Source of the DNA: Sphingosinicella sp.
GTDB taxonomy: Bacteria; Pseudomonadota; Alphaproteobacteria; Sphingomonadales; Sphingomonadaceae
DNA length: 64,000 bases
Assembly (NCBI GenBank): GCA_052386895.1
Contig: JBQTJR010000020.1
Span: forward strand, 17,481 to 81,480
Direction: 5' to 3'
A program made the position numbers and the translations under genes. Below, piece after piece: positions 29,655 through 40,022 of this stretch; positions within the stretch are counted from its first letter, which is position 1, and each line of letters starts with the position of its first letter. A model generated the notes under the pieces. The model was not told the DNA's origin, ran no database searches, and saw only the letters and a program-made list of their open reading frames with translations.

Positions 29655-30139
29655 ATGATCGACGAGAGCGTGACCCCGCATCCCACGCCCTTGCCCGCCG
29701 TCTCGGTGTGCTCGGCGTCACCCTGCTGACCGGCTCGGTTCTCACGCCTGCCTCCTCGGTGCTCATCATCGTGCCCGGCATGCTCCAGGAAGCCGGCAGT
29801 GACGGGCTCGCCGCGATGTTACTCGCCGGCATATATAGCGGCATAGCCGTGGCAGCGATTGCCGGCCGTCGCAGCGACGCCACAGCCCATGCCACGTTTC
29901 GCATGCCGTTCTTTCCGTTAGCCCCGCTCCTGACGCTGACCGCCTTGGCCTATGTTCTCTGCGCGACCGCGCTCGATCCCGAAGAAGGTCAGCCGAGCCT
30001 GGTCACTACCGGGCTGCTAATCCGCGCATCGCTCGCTTATTATCGCTTGGTGCTGGCCCGCCATGGCCCTGGCAGGTGCGCAGTCCTCGGGAGACCTAGC
30101 AAGCCGGCAGCCGCTGGCGCAGCACCTCATAGGCCATGA
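29655..30139 (+). pseudogene. Internally deleted APC-family amino acid permease remnant
   Basis: TM1-like LARRLGVLGVTLLTGSVLTPASSVLIIVPG is joined directly to C-terminal-like FRMPFFPLAP...YYRLVL. Only about 150 codons; nearest ATG (29655) is out of frame. Confidence 0.65.
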
Positions 30140-30896
30140 TGGCCGCCGCCGCTGCGGCATTGAGGCTGTCGGCCTTGCCCAGCATCGGGATCTTCACCAG
30201 CAGATCGCATTCATCTTCATATTCGCTGGGCAGGCCCTGAGCCTCGTTGCCGATCAGGATGAAGGTGGGCGATTCGTAGCGGGCCAGCCGATAGTCTTGC
30301 TCAGCGTGCAGTGAAGTACCGATCAGCTGACCCTGACCGTCGCGCAGCCAGCGCCGAAATTCCTGCCAACCAGCCAGCGCGATGCGCTGGGTGAAGAGCG
30401 CACCCATTGAGGCACGTACTGCTTCGACCGAGAAGGGATCGGAGCTCTCGTCGACCAGGATCAGGCCGCCGGCGCCGGCGGCGTCGCCGGTGCGAAGGAT
30501 GGTGCCGAGATTGCCTGGGTCGCGCAGCGCCTGGGCGACGATCCAGAGCGGGGCCTTCGTCCGGTCGATTAGTGCCAACGAAGTATCGAACGCCGGGTAA
30601 ACGCCCAGCACTGTTTGCGGATTCTCTTTGCCCGAGATCTTGTGGAGGATCTCGTCGGTGGTCTGAATCGATTCACCCCCGGCCGCCTCGGTTTCTCCGA
30701 TCAAAGCGCGCACCAGTTTGTGACCGCTGTCGCTGTAGAACAGCCGGACCGGCAGCCGGCCGGCCTCGCGTGCTTCGGTGAGGATGCGCAACCCCTCGGC
30801 CAGGAACAGGCCCTCGCGCTTCCGGTATTTCTTTTCGCGCAGGCTACGGGCGTGCTTGACCAGCGGATTGGAGAAAGCGGTGACCTGCCTGGGCAT
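30096..30896 (-). CDS. TrmH/SpoU family RNA methyltransferase
   Basis: RDPGNLGTILRT, VRASMGA, GNEAQGL, IPMLGKADSLNAA. Confidence 0.93.
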   Translation of the reverse strand: MPRQVTAFSNPLVKHARSLREKKYRKREGLFLAEGLRILTEAREAGRLPVRLFYSDSGHKLVRALIGETEAAGGESIQTTDEILHKISGKENPQTVLGVYPAFDTSLALIDRTKAPLWIVAQALRDPGNLGTILRTGDAAGAGGLILVDESSDPFSVEAVRASMGALFTQRIALAGWQEFRRWLRDGQGQLIGTSLHAEQDYRLARYESPTFILIGNEAQGLPSEYEDECDLLVKIPMLGKADSLNAAAAAAIMAYEVLRQRLPAC

Positions 30897-30903
30897 GGCT
30901 CGG

Positions 30904-31179
30904 TCAGGCTTCTTCGTTGAAGCGGGCCTCAACCAGATCGGCCAGCCGTCGCACCGCGTCCTCGGCGCTTTCCCCCTTGGCGCTGATAGTGATCGAATCG
31001 CCCATCGCCGCCCCCAGCATCATCAGCCCCATGATCGAAGTCCCGCAGACAGCCGTGCCGTCTTTTTCCACTTCGATCTCGGCGTCGACCTCGCTCGCGA
31101 GAGTGACGAAGCGGGCACTGGCGCGGGCGTGCAGGCCTCGCTTGTTGATCAGCCGGACGGTGCGACTTGCCTCCGCCAT
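30904..31179 (-). CDS. HPr/NPr phosphocarrier
   Basis: NKRGLHARAS (His15), GTSIMGLMML (Ser46). Confidence 0.95.
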   Translation of the reverse strand: MAEASRTVRLINKRGLHARASARFVTLASEVDAEIEVEKDGTAVCGTSIMGLMMLGAAMGDSITISAKGESAEDAVRRLADLVEARFNEEA

Positions 31180-31185
31180 CCAGGA

Positions 31186-31593
31186 TCAAGCGGCGGCCTC
31201 GCCGAGGACTTCGGAGGCCACCGAAATATATTTTCGTCCGGCTTCGCGGGCCGCCGCCACCGCCGCCTTCACGTCCATGCACTTGCGCGCACCTTCGAGC
31301 CGGATCAGCATCGGTAGGTTGACGCCGGCGATCACTTCGATCTTGTCGGTCTTCATCAGCGAGATGGCGAGATTTGAAGGCGTGCCGCCGAACAGGTCAG
31401 TGAGGATGATCACGCCATCCCCCAGATCGACCTTGGAGAGAGCCTTGGCAATGTCGTCACGGCGTGCCTCCATGTCGTCCTCGGCGCCAATGCACACCGC
31501 CTCGATCGCGTCCTGCGGGCCCACGACATGTTCCATCGCCACAATGAATTCGGCCGCAAGACGGCCATGGGTAACCAGCACCAAACCTATCAT
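31186..31593 (-). CDS. PTS EIIA, mannose/fructose type (ManX-like)
   Basis: MIGLVLVTHG, TDLFGGTPSN, GVNLPML. Confidence 0.94.
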   Translation of the reverse strand: MIGLVLVTHGRLAAEFIVAMEHVVGPQDAIEAVCIGAEDDMEARRDDIAKALSKVDLGDGVIILTDLFGGTPSNLAISLMKTDKIEVIAGVNLPMLIRLEGARKCMDVKAAVAAAREAGRKYISVASEVLGEAAA

Positions 31594-31597
31594 TGAT

Positions 31598-32539
31598 TCA
31601 CCTAGAAGAGGCCGTCCGCCTTGTCCTTTTTGCCCCCGCGGGCCGCTCGGTCCCTTCGGGCGGCGGGGCGACGAGATCACGATGGTGCAAGGTGGGGGAA
31701 AATCCTTCCTTTCGCAACCGCTCCGCGACCCGCTCCGCGACATGCACCGATCGATGTCGGCCGCCGGTACATCCGAACGCGATGGAGAGATAGGATTTTC
31801 CTTCGGCGGCGTAGCGAGGAACGAGTCTGATCAGCAGTCTCTCGATCTGCTCAAGCGCCGGAACATAGGACTCGTCGGCCGCGATATGGTCGCAAACCGC
31901 CTGGTCGAGGCCGCTGAGGTCGCGCAGCTCTTTCTGCCAGTGCGGATTACGCAGGAACCGCATGTCGAACACGAGGTCGGCGTCGCGGGGCAGTCCTTGG
32001 GAATAACCGAACGAGATCAGGCTGACCGTCAACGGGTTTTCGGCGTGGAAGCGTTCGCGGATTTGCTGCTGAAGGCCATGGGCATCGCTGTCGGTCGTGT
32101 CGATCACGTGATCGGCCCAGCGCCTCAAAGGACCGACGAGATCTCGCTCCTCCTTGATGCCGTCACTGGCGGGGCGATCGGGCGCCAGCGGGTGGCGACG
32201 GCGCGATTCGGAATAGCGCCGCACCAGTTCGCCGGTCTGGCATTCCAGGAACAGGATTTCGATTGGTGTGTCGCGCTCCTTGCCCAGGCGCCCGGCCTGG
32301 CGGACGACATGATCGGCATCAAAGCCGCGGGTGCGGCAATCGAGCCCGAGCGCAAGCGGCCGGCGGCGCTCGGCACCCGGTGCGTTGGGCGATGCGAGCA
32401 AGGGATCGAGCAGCGACAAGGGCAAATTGTCGACCACTTCCCAACCCAGATCCTCGAGGGTCTTTAATGCGGTCGATTTGCCCGCGCCCGAAAGACCGGT
32501 GACCAGCACTATGCGCTTGGGATCCGTCTTCGCTGCCAT
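31598..32539 (-). CDS. rapZ: RNase adapter RapZ
   Basis: TGLSGAGKS, VDNLP, RRRHPL, FDMRFLRNP, GCTGGRHRSV. Confidence 0.95.
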   Translation of the reverse strand: MAAKTDPKRIVLVTGLSGAGKSTALKTLEDLGWEVVDNLPLSLLDPLLASPNAPGAERRRPLALGLDCRTRGFDADHVVRQAGRLGKERDTPIEILFLECQTGELVRRYSESRRRHPLAPDRPASDGIKEERDLVGPLRRWADHVIDTTDSDAHGLQQQIRERFHAENPLTVSLISFGYSQGLPRDADLVFDMRFLRNPHWQKELRDLSGLDQAVCDHIAADESYVPALEQIERLLIRLVPRYAAEGKSYLSIAFGCTGGRHRSVHVAERVAERLRKEGFSPTLHHRDLVAPPPEGTERPAGAKRTRRTASSR

Positions 32540-32992
32540 CTAGTTTTCTAACCGGCCGAACCGGCCGAAGCTCTTCAGTGCCGCCTCGAGCTTGATCGGC
32601 GCCGAAGGTTCATGACCCTCTAGCCCGACTACCGGCAATTCGACGCCGGCGATCGTGCGGACGGCACCGGGCTCTGGCAGCCGGGTGGGCGGCAGATCGA
32701 GATCGACGAGCAACGCCACCGGCACGTCTCGATCTGGTGGCAGGTCCACAAGCCCGACGCCGCGCAGCTCGATCTTGCCGGCGATGGTATCAGGGGGAGT
32801 CGCCAGGAGCCGGCCTGCTGTCCGGCGCACCAACGTGTAGTCGTCGCTAACCAAGTGGGCCCCGCGATCGATCAGGCGTATTGCCAGGTCAGATTTGCCG
32901 GCGCCGGCATGGCCGACGATCAGCACGGCACGTCCGGCAATCGCCACGCAGGTCGCGTGGACCGTTGCAACATCCGGGTCGACTTCGGTCAT
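32540..32992 (-). CDS. hprK: Short alphaproteobacterial HPr kinase/phosphorylase
   Basis: VHATCVA, GHAGAGKSDLA, LVSDDY, GKIELRGVG. Confidence 0.9.
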   Translation of the reverse strand: MTEVDPDVATVHATCVAIAGRAVLIVGHAGAGKSDLAIRLIDRGAHLVSDDYTLVRRTAGRLLATPPDTIAGKIELRGVGLVDLPPDRDVPVALLVDLDLPPTRLPEPGAVRTIAGVELPVVGLEGHEPSAPIKLEAALKSFGRFGRLEN

Positions 32993-34569
32993 GTTTCCGC
33001 CATCGGCAGTTTCAGCACGAATCGCGCGCCGCTGCGCCCATCCGCGCGATCCTCGGCGTGGATCTGGCCGCCATGTCCCTCGGCAATGGCGCGCGCGATG
33101 GCAAGACCAAGCCCGGAATGACGGCCGAAGTCCTGTTCCGAGCGGATGCTTGTGAAGCGCTGGAAAATGGTCTCGCGCAGATCGGTTGGCACGCCCGGGC
33201 CGTCGTCCTCGATCTCGATTCGGACCTCGTTATCGTCTTTGCCGGCGACCATGCCGATGTCGATTGTGCCGCCCTCGGGCGAAAAGGAAATGGCATTGTC
33301 GATGAGATTCTCGAGCAGGCGGGCGAGCCGCGATTCATCGGCGTGAACCAGCACACGGCGATCTTCGCGTGGGCGGAAACGAAGCTGGGCCTGCTCGCCG
33401 CCGTGGCTCTGCCAGTGAGGCAGCATCGATTCGATCAGCTTGCCGAGATCGACAGGATCGAAGGTCGCGCGTGATAGTTCGGCGTCGAGCCGCGACGCCT
33501 CTGCAATATCGACAACCAGCCGGTCGAGCCGGGCGACATCCTCGCGCGCCACGTCGAGCAGCTCGCGTCGCAGGCCGGGCTCATCGATACGTTCGAGCGA
33601 ATCGACCGCCGATCGCAGCGAGGCGAGCGGATTCTTGAGTTCGTGCGTAACCTCGGAGGCGAAGGCCTCGGTCGCGTCGATACGCTGCCGAAGGGTCAGG
33701 GTCATGTCGTGTAGCGCACGCGCCAGCAGGCCGATCTCGTCGCGCCGGGTAGAAGAGACGGGCAGCTCGACTTCGCGCGCCCGCCCGAGGCGGACTCGAT
33801 GCGCGGCAAGCGCCAGCCGGCGCAGTGGATTGGCGATGGTGCGCGCGAGGAAGCGGGAAAGCATCACCGACAGCACCAAAGTCGCCGCCAGGATCAGCGC
33901 CAGCGAAAGCCGCTCGGATCGAACCACTTCCCGGATGTCGCGGGCGTTTATCGTCAACAGCAGTACGCGTTGGGGATCGCCGCCAACGCGAGCGGCGGCG
34001 CTGATATAGGGCGTGCCTTCCGGTGCGCGGCGAAGCTCGCTTGCCGGTGCGCCGCTCGACAATGCCCTTTGCGCTTCCGGCCAGCTCGCGAGACGATCTG
34101 GCGCTGACTGATCGAGCTGGGGCGGTTGGCGGGCGCCGACGATCGCGTCGAAGCCATTGTCCAGCGCCAGCGCTATGCGTTCGAAGAATGGTTCGCGGGC
34201 CGGTTCGCGTAAGTTGTATGTGGGTGGGGCGCCTTGCCAGCTGTCGCCCAGCCGCTGTCCGCCGCGCCCATAGACGCGCAGCCGCGCGCCGGAATCGCGT
34301 CCCAGCAGGACCAGCACCGGCGGCCAGCTTGGCTCAGGCAACGCCCCCAACAGATTGGCCATCATGACCGCTTGCGCCTGCGATTGCTTGATACGTTCTT
34401 GGGTGAGCCGGCTGCGGAAGCCGTCGAGGTAGAAAATTGAGCCGGCGAGGATGATGATCGCAAAGATATTGACCGCGAGGATGCGCTGGCGAAGTGACAG
34501 TTGCCGCGACCAGCCGAGCCGCAGCTCGCGATCCTCGCCGGGAAGCGGACTGGCGTCATTCCTCGGCAA
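32989..34569 (-). CDS. chvG: Sensor histidine kinase ChvG/ExoS
   Basis: Two TM, HAMP (RRDEIGLL), H-box [29 protein letters not shown]. Start uncertain; TTG 34569 overlaps the chvI end. Confidence 0.9.
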   Translation of the reverse strand: MPRNDASPLPGEDRELRLGWSRQLSLRQRILAVNIFAIIILAGSIFYLDGFRSRLTQERIKQSQAQAVMMANLLGALPEPSWPPVLVLLGRDSGARLRVYGRGGQRLGDSWQGAPPTYNLREPAREPFFERIALALDNGFDAIVGARQPPQLDQSAPDRLASWPEAQRALSSGAPASELRRAPEGTPYISAAARVGGDPQRVLLLTINARDIREVVRSERLSLALILAATLVLSVMLSRFLARTIANPLRRLALAAHRVRLGRAREVELPVSSTRRDEIGLLARALHDMTLTLRQRIDATEAFASEVTHELKNPLASLRSAVDSLERIDEPGLRRELLDVAREDVARLDRLVVDIAEASRLDAELSRATFDPVDLGKLIESMLPHWQSHGGEQAQLRFRPREDRRVLVHADESRLARLLENLIDNAISFSPEGGTIDIGMVAGKDDNEVRIEIEDDGPGVPTDLRETIFQRFTSIRSEQDFGRHSGLGLAIARAIAEGHGGQIHAEDRADGRSGARFVLKLPMAET

Positions 34570-35272
34570 TGCGGTAACCCACCCCGTACAGGGTTTCGAT
34601 CGCGTTGAACTCGCCATCGGCCTCGCGGAACTTGCGGCGGATCCGCTTGATGTGGCTGTCGATAGTGCGGTCGTCGACATAGATATCGTCCTGATAGGCG
34701 ACATCCATCAACTGGTTGCGCGATTTCACCACGCCCGGCCGCTGCGCCAGCGTCTCAAGGATCAGGAACTCGGTAACGGTAAGCGGGATCGAATGGCCGT
34801 TCCAACTCACCCGGTGACGCGCCGGGTCCATTCGCAACCTTCCGCGTTCGAGCACCGGTTCTTCGCCATTTCCAGCGTCGGCCGTCGCTTCGCGTATCTC
34901 GCTTCGCCGCAGCACGGCGCGGATGCGGGCGAGCACCAGCCGCTGTGAGAAGGGCTTGGTGATATAATCGTCGGCGCCGAGAGACAGCCCGAGCGCCTGG
35001 TCGATCTCTTCGTCGCGCGACGTCAGGAAGATTACCGGGAAATTGCACCGCTCGCGCAAGCGACGCAGCAATTCCATCCCGTCCATCCGCGGCATCTTGA
35101 TATCGAGCAGCGCCAGCGAAGGCGGGTTGTCGCAAAGCGCCTTCAGCGCGCTCTCGCCGTCGGAATAGAGCCGCGTTTCGAATCCTTCCGAACGCAGCGC
35201 CACCGACAGCGAGGTCAGGATGTTGCGGTCATCGTCGACCAGCGCGATGGTGGGCGGATCGGCTGTCGGCAT
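34556..35272 (-). CDS. chvI: Response regulator ChvI
   Basis: [49 protein letters not shown]; divergent from pckA. Confidence 0.95.
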   Translation of the reverse strand: MPTADPPTIALVDDDRNILTSLSVALRSEGFETRLYSDGESALKALCDNPPSLALLDIKMPRMDGMELLRRLRERCNFPVIFLTSRDEEIDQALGLSLGADDYITKPFSQRLVLARIRAVLRRSEIREATADAGNGEEPVLERGRLRMDPARHRVSWNGHSIPLTVTEFLILETLAQRPGVVKSRNQLMDVAYQDDIYVDDRTIDSHIKRIRRKFREADGEFNAIETLYGVGYRIAEE

Positions 35273-35328
35273 CGAAAAAACGCTCCCCGCGTGGCGGCTT
35301 AGCCGAGCCTGCCCTGAGGGACCACCCT

Positions 35329-35357
35329 TTGACGCGAGCGGGCCCCTCCGATATGTC
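35329..35357 (+). promoter_or_regulatory. Putative sigma70 promoter of pckA
   Basis: TTGACG-N17-TATGTC. Confidence 0.55.
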
Positions 35358-35391
35358 CGCGACGAATGCCGCCGAGTGCGGCTGATTTTTC

Positions 35392-37047
35392 ATGGGAACA
35401 AGCATTTTGGCCGTCAGGGTCTCGAAACATGATTTGGAGCGGCAGGGCATCCGGACCGGGGCCCGGCTCTACTGGAATCTGGAGACAGCGCCGCTCGTCG
35501 AGTTGGCTGTCCGCCGCGAAGAGGGCCTCCTCGCTCGCGACGGGCCGCTGGTCGTCGCCACCGGCCGCCACACCGGCCGCTCGGCAAACGACAAGTTCAT
35601 CGTCCGCGAGGACGAAACGGAGCAGATCATTTGGTGGGACAATAACCAGGCGATGACGCCGGCGCATTTCGCCGCGCTGAAGGCCGATTTCCTGGCCGCA
35701 CTCGGTGAGCGCGAAACTTTGTTCGTGCAGGATCTCTATGGCGGCTCGCAGCGGGAGCACCGACTGCGGGTACGAGTAATCAACGAGCTAGCCTGGCACA
35801 GCCTGTTCATCCGCACCCTGCTGGTCCGGCCGGCAGAGGAGGAACTAGCCGATTTCGAGCCGCAGTTCACAATCATCGATTTGCCGAGCTTCGTCGCCGA
35901 ACCCGAGCGCCACGGGACCCGTTCGGAGACGGTGATCGGCGTCAGCATGAGCGAGCGGCTGATCCTGATCGGCGGAACCGCTTATGCTGGTGAAATGAAG
36001 AAAGCGGTGTTCAGCATCCTCAATTACCTGCTGCCGCCGACCGGGGTGATGCCGATGCATTGCTCGGCCAATGTCGGCCCGAACGGCGACACGGCGATCT
36101 TCTTCGGCCTGTCGGGCACCGGCAAAACCACCTTGTCTGCCGATGCCAGCCGCACCCTGATCGGCGACGACGAGCATGGCTGGTCCGATACCGCCGTGTT
36201 CAATTTCGAGGGCGGCTGCTACGCCAAGATGATCCGTCTCTCGGAGGAAGCCGAACCGGAGATCTTTGCCACGACGCGGCGCTTCGGCACGGTGCTGGAA
36301 AACGTCGTCATCGATCCGGGGACGCGAACGCTCGATCTCGACGACGCCAGCCTGACCGAGAACAGCCGCGGCGCCTATCCGATACACTTCATCCCCAACA
36401 GTTCAGCCAGCAACCTTGGCCCAGTGCCGCGCAACGTCGTCTTCCTGACCGCCGATGCTTTTGGCGTGCTGCCGCCCATCGCCCGGCTGACGCCGGACCA
36501 AGCGATGTACCATTTTCTTTCTGGCTACACCGCCAAGGTAGCCGGCACTGAGATCGGGGTGACCGAGCCGCAGGCCACCTTTTCGACCTGCTTCGGCGCG
36601 CCGTTCATGCCGCGCCACCCGTCGGTCTACGGCAATCTGTTGAAAGAGCGGATCGCGCACGGTGGGGTCGATTGCTGGCTGGTAAATACCGGCTGGACCG
36701 GCGGCAAATATGGCGTCGGCCGACGGATGCCGATCGCGGTGACGCGGTCGCTGTTGAAGGCTGCGCTCGATGGCGAGTTGGCGGCGGTCGATTATCGCGC
36801 CGATCCCTGGTTTGGCTTCGAAGTGCCGGTCAGTGTGCCGGCGGTCCAAGCTATGATGCTTAACCCGCGCGACACCTGGCGCAACAAGGCCGATTATGAC
36901 GCCACCGCCGCCAGGCTGGTGAACCTGTTCAATACCAATTTCGCGCGGTTTGCGGGTGCGGTCGAGCAGGCGGTCCTGAATGCGGCGCCTCGGCAGGCGG
37001 GCGCGACCCCGCCCCAATCACAAGCAGCGTCCCTTCCCGTCGCCTGA
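35392..37047 (+). CDS. pckA: Phosphoenolpyruvate carboxykinase (ATP)
   Basis: [44 protein letters not shown]. Confidence 0.97.
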   Translation: MGTSILAVRVSKHDLERQGIRTGARLYWNLETAPLVELAVRREEGLLARDGPLVVATGRHTGRSANDKFIVREDETEQIIWWDNNQAMTPAHFAALKADFLAALGERETLFVQDLYGGSQREHRLRVRVINELAWHSLFIRTLLVRPAEEELADFEPQFTIIDLPSFVAEPERHGTRSETVIGVSMSERLILIGGTAYAGEMKKAVFSILNYLLPPTGVMPMHCSANVGPNGDTAIFFGLSGTGKTTLSADASRTLIGDDEHGWSDTAVFNFEGGCYAKMIRLSEEAEPEIFATTRRFGTVLENVVIDPGTRTLDLDDASLTENSRGAYPIHFIPNSSASNLGPVPRNVVFLTADAFGVLPPIARLTPDQAMYHFLSGYTAKVAGTEIGVTEPQATFSTCFGAPFMPRHPSVYGNLLKERIAHGGVDCWLVNTGWTGGKYGVGRRMPIAVTRSLLKAALDGELAAVDYRADPWFGFEVPVSVPAVQAMMLNPRDTWRNKADYDATAARLVNLFNTNFARFAGAVEQAVLNAAPRQAGATPPQSQAASLPVA

Positions 37048-37075
37048 CCCGGCTAACCCACGAGATATCGATTTG

Positions 37076-37103
37076 AGGAGCGGGCCGGGCCCGCTCCTTT
37101 TTT
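37076..37103 (+). terminator. Rho-independent terminator after pckA
   Basis: AGGAGCGGGC-cgg-GCCCGCTCCT 10-bp stem followed by a T-tract. Confidence 0.85.
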
Positions 37104-37114
37104 GTGGATTGAAA

Positions 37115-37648
37115 ATGATGACCGAATTCGAGCCGAGATTGTTCGACGACGTCGCCACGGTGCGCCGCGTGGGCCAAGGCTTGATCGATTGCAGCCTGCC
37201 ACGGGCGGAATGGACCCATGAGGCGCACATCGCCACCTGCGCCTGGCTCATTCTCGAGCGGCCGGACCTGGTTCCCGAAAGGGATCTGCCCGGCTTGATC
37301 CGCCGCTACAATGAAAGCGTTGGTGGCGTGAACGACGACACGCAGGGCTATCACGAAACGATCACCCAGATGTTCATCCTGGGCGTTCGTCAGGCGCTGA
37401 CGCGCAGCAAGGGCAGGTGCCTTGCCGATCGGGTCAACCGACTGCTGCTTTCGGCAGAAGGCCGGCGCGACTGGCCTTTGACTTTTTACAGCCAAGCAAG
37501 CCTGTTTTCGGTTGCAGCCCGTCGCGAGTGGATTGAGCCCGACCTGCGCCCACTGACCCGCTCTGCTAACGGAGGAGTGTGCGCGAAGAAACGCGGATCA
37601 TCCTTCCCGGTATCGGCGAAGCCCTCGCTTCGGTCGACCGGCTGGTGA
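37115..37648 (+). CDS. Conserved hypothetical protein
   Basis: Motifs WTHEAH, RRYNESVGGVN, GYHETIT and WIEPDL resemble an uncharacterised family. Confidence 0.8.
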   Translation: MMTEFEPRLFDDVATVRRVGQGLIDCSLPRAEWTHEAHIATCAWLILERPDLVPERDLPGLIRRYNESVGGVNDDTQGYHETITQMFILGVRQALTRSKGRCLADRVNRLLLSAEGRRDWPLTFYSQASLFSVAARREWIEPDLRPLTRSANGGVCAKKRGSSFPVSAKPSLRSTGW

Positions 37649-38523
37649 CTTGCGTGCATTCGTTGACGCCGGAAGATACCGGCCTGTTCGGTCCCGGCAG
37701 CGTCAGCTGGGCGATCTACACCCACTCCGCCTACGGCATTTCCGGCCTCGCCGCTTTGTTGCTGCAGGCGCTTCACCCGGTGGCAATGGCGGCGATTGAT
37801 CAGCACAGCGATTACCGGCGCGACGCATGGCGCCGTGGCCACCGCACGACCGATTACGTGTTCACGATTCATTTCAGCGCCTGCGAAAAGGCGCTGGAGG
37901 CGGCCGAGCGGGTAAGGGCCATTCATCACCGCGTATCCGGGACCGATCCGGTGACAGGTCGAATCTATCGCGCCGATGACCCTGATCTGTTGCTCTGGAT
38001 CCACGTCGCCGCCACCGAGTTGGCGATTCGCGGCCAGGAGATGTTTGGTCGTCCGATCAGCGCCGCCGAGGCCGATCGCTTCGTCGACGAGCAAAGGGTC
38101 GCGGCCGGTCTTGTTGGTCTCGATGCCGAACACATTCCGAAAGATCGGCCCGAGCTTCGCGCGGCGCTGGAGCGGGTGGAGCTCAGGCTCACACCGGCCG
38201 CTGCCGAATTCGTGCGGCTGCTATTCGCGGCGAGGATGCCGCTGGCAATGCGGCCGTTCTAGGCCGTGCATGTTGCCGGCGCGATCGCCTTGCTGCCAGG
38301 TGAGGCTCGCCGGCTTTACCACTTTCCGCGCTGGGCGCGGGCGGGCGCCAGGGCGCGCCCCGTCATTCGCGCCTGCCTGCAACTAATGTATGTCGGCTAC
38401 GCGATAGTACCGGGCATTCGCCGGGCTCGCCGGCACTTGGCCGGGCTGGCTACGCTCGCGAAGCAGGCCCGGCCTAGGTTGGTTTCTCCTCGGCCGGAAA
38501 GCTCTGGACCGTCTCGACCCTGA
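37645..38523 (+). pseudogene. MpaB/DUF2236 oxygenase-family gene interrupted by an in-frame TAG at 38260-38262
   Basis: GLFGPGSVSW, LLLQALHP, VRAIHHRV, YRADDPDLLLWIH. The ORFs ending at 38262 and starting at 38266 share a frame. Start GTG 37645 (GTGA overlap) or 37579. Confidence 0.8.
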
Positions 38524-38944
38524 GGCAGCCTCCTTGGGCTCCCGTTATCCGCATCCGCGCGCCGGCGGGGGCGTCGGGGCCCCGCGCGGACCAGACGCTG
38601 TCGCCGACCCGCACCCGGCCTTCGCCATTCTCGATCGCAGTCACCACCGTGACATGCTCGCCTATCAGCCGGGCGATGCGGTCGTTCAACAGCGGATCGC
38701 TGCTCGGAACCGGGTTGCGCTCATAATGGCGGCGCCCGCCATAAACGGCCGCCATTGCCAGCAGGCCGAACAAGGCGAGCTGGAACGGCAGAGGCAAGGG
38801 CAGAAAGGCGACGATAATGCCGGTAATCGCTGCTGCCGCCGCCATCCACACCAAGAAGATGCCGGGCAGGAAGATTTCGAGGATGCCGAGCAGGGCAGCG
38901 GCGACCAGCCACCACCAATGGGCATCGAGATCGCCGATATTCAC
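38474..38944 (-). CDS. NfeD family protein (YbbJ-like)
   Basis: WWWLVAAALLGILEIFLPG TM; OB-fold GRVRVGDSVWSARG. Confidence 0.92.
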   Translation of the reverse strand: MNIGDLDAHWWWLVAAALLGILEIFLPGIFLVWMAAAAAITGIIVAFLPLPLPFQLALFGLLAMAAVYGGRRHYERNPVPSSDPLLNDRIARLIGEHVTVVTAIENGEGRVRVGDSVWSARGPDAPAGARMRITGAQGGCLRVETVQSFPAEEKPT

Positions 38945-39945
38945 GAGCCACTCCCTTCCGTCTTGCGACCGCCTTCACCGGACGCCGGCACCGAGGGCCG
39001 AGAAATAGGTGCACTGCCCCCTTCCCACGGACGGCCGCTCTCACCGGTCAGTGCGGCGCGAGCCAGCTCGCCGATGCCGCCGAGGCTGCCGATCAGCTGC
39101 GTTGCCTCGACCGGGAACAGGATGGTCTTGGAATTGGGCGAGCGGGCGAACTCGGCCACCGCCTCGACATATTTCTGGGCGACGAAATAGTTGATCGCCT
39201 GGGCGTTACCGCCGGCGATCGCTTCGGAGACCATCTGCGTCGCCTTGGCCTCGGCCTCCGCTTCGCGTTCGCGTGCCTCGGAATCGCGGAAAGCGGCCTC
39301 GCGCCGCCCCTCGGCTTCGAGAATCTGTGCCTGCTTCTGGCCCTCGGCGCGCAGGATTTCCGAGGCGCGAAGCCCCTCCGCCTCCAGGATCGAAGCCCGC
39401 TTGTCGCGCTCGGCCTTCATCTGCCGGGCCATCGCATTGACGATGTCCGAGGGCGGGCGGATGTCCTTGATTTCGACTCGGGTGATCTTGACCCCCCACG
39501 GGCTGGTCGCGTGATCGATGACGTCGAGCAAGCGGGCGTTGATTTCGTCGCGCTTCGAAAGTGTTTCGTCGAGGTCCATCGATCCCATCACGGTGCGCAA
39601 GTTTGTCGTCACTAGGTTGAGCAGCGCGAGATAGAGGTCGGATACTTCGTAGGCGGCCTTGGCCGAATCGAGCACCTGGAAGAAAACCACGCCGTCGGTC
39701 GACACCATCGCATTATCCCTGGTGATGATCTCCTGGCTGGGAACGTCGAGCACCTGTTCCATCATGTTTACCTTGCGCCCGACCCGGTAGAAAATAGCCG
39801 GGTAGAAGTTCAGACCCGGGCGCGCGATCGCGGTGAAGCGGCCGAAATTTTCTATCGTGTATTGATAGCCCTGCCGGACCACTTTGACGCTGGCGAACAG
39901 GTAGAGGAGGACAAAGGCCACTACGATCCCGAACACCATTTCCAT
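38941..39945 (-). CDS. SPFH / band-7 stomatin-like protein (QmcA-like)
   Basis: QEIITRDNAMV, TNLRTVMGSMDLDE, WGVKITRVEIKDI, QMKAERDKRA. Confidence 0.94.
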   Translation of the reverse strand: MEMVFGIVVAFVLLYLFASVKVVRQGYQYTIENFGRFTAIARPGLNFYPAIFYRVGRKVNMMEQVLDVPSQEIITRDNAMVSTDGVVFFQVLDSAKAAYEVSDLYLALLNLVTTNLRTVMGSMDLDETLSKRDEINARLLDVIDHATSPWGVKITRVEIKDIRPPSDIVNAMARQMKAERDKRASILEAEGLRASEILRAEGQKQAQILEAEGRREAAFRDSEAREREAEAEAKATQMVSEAIAGGNAQAINYFVAQKYVEAVAEFARSPNSKTILFPVEATQLIGSLGGIGELARAALTGESGRPWEGGSAPISRPSVPASGEGGRKTEGSGS

Positions 39946-40022
39946 GACGATTCCCTCTCTCCGCTCGGCGCGTCTATCATGATAAAAATGCCCAGCCCAT
40001 CCAAGCAGAATCGGAATTCGCC

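Noticed and set aside
30917-32467. 516-aa plus-strand ORF
   Set aside because: Antisense shadow of HPr/EIIA/rapZ; Ser/Arg-rich with no motifs, typical of high-GC DNA.
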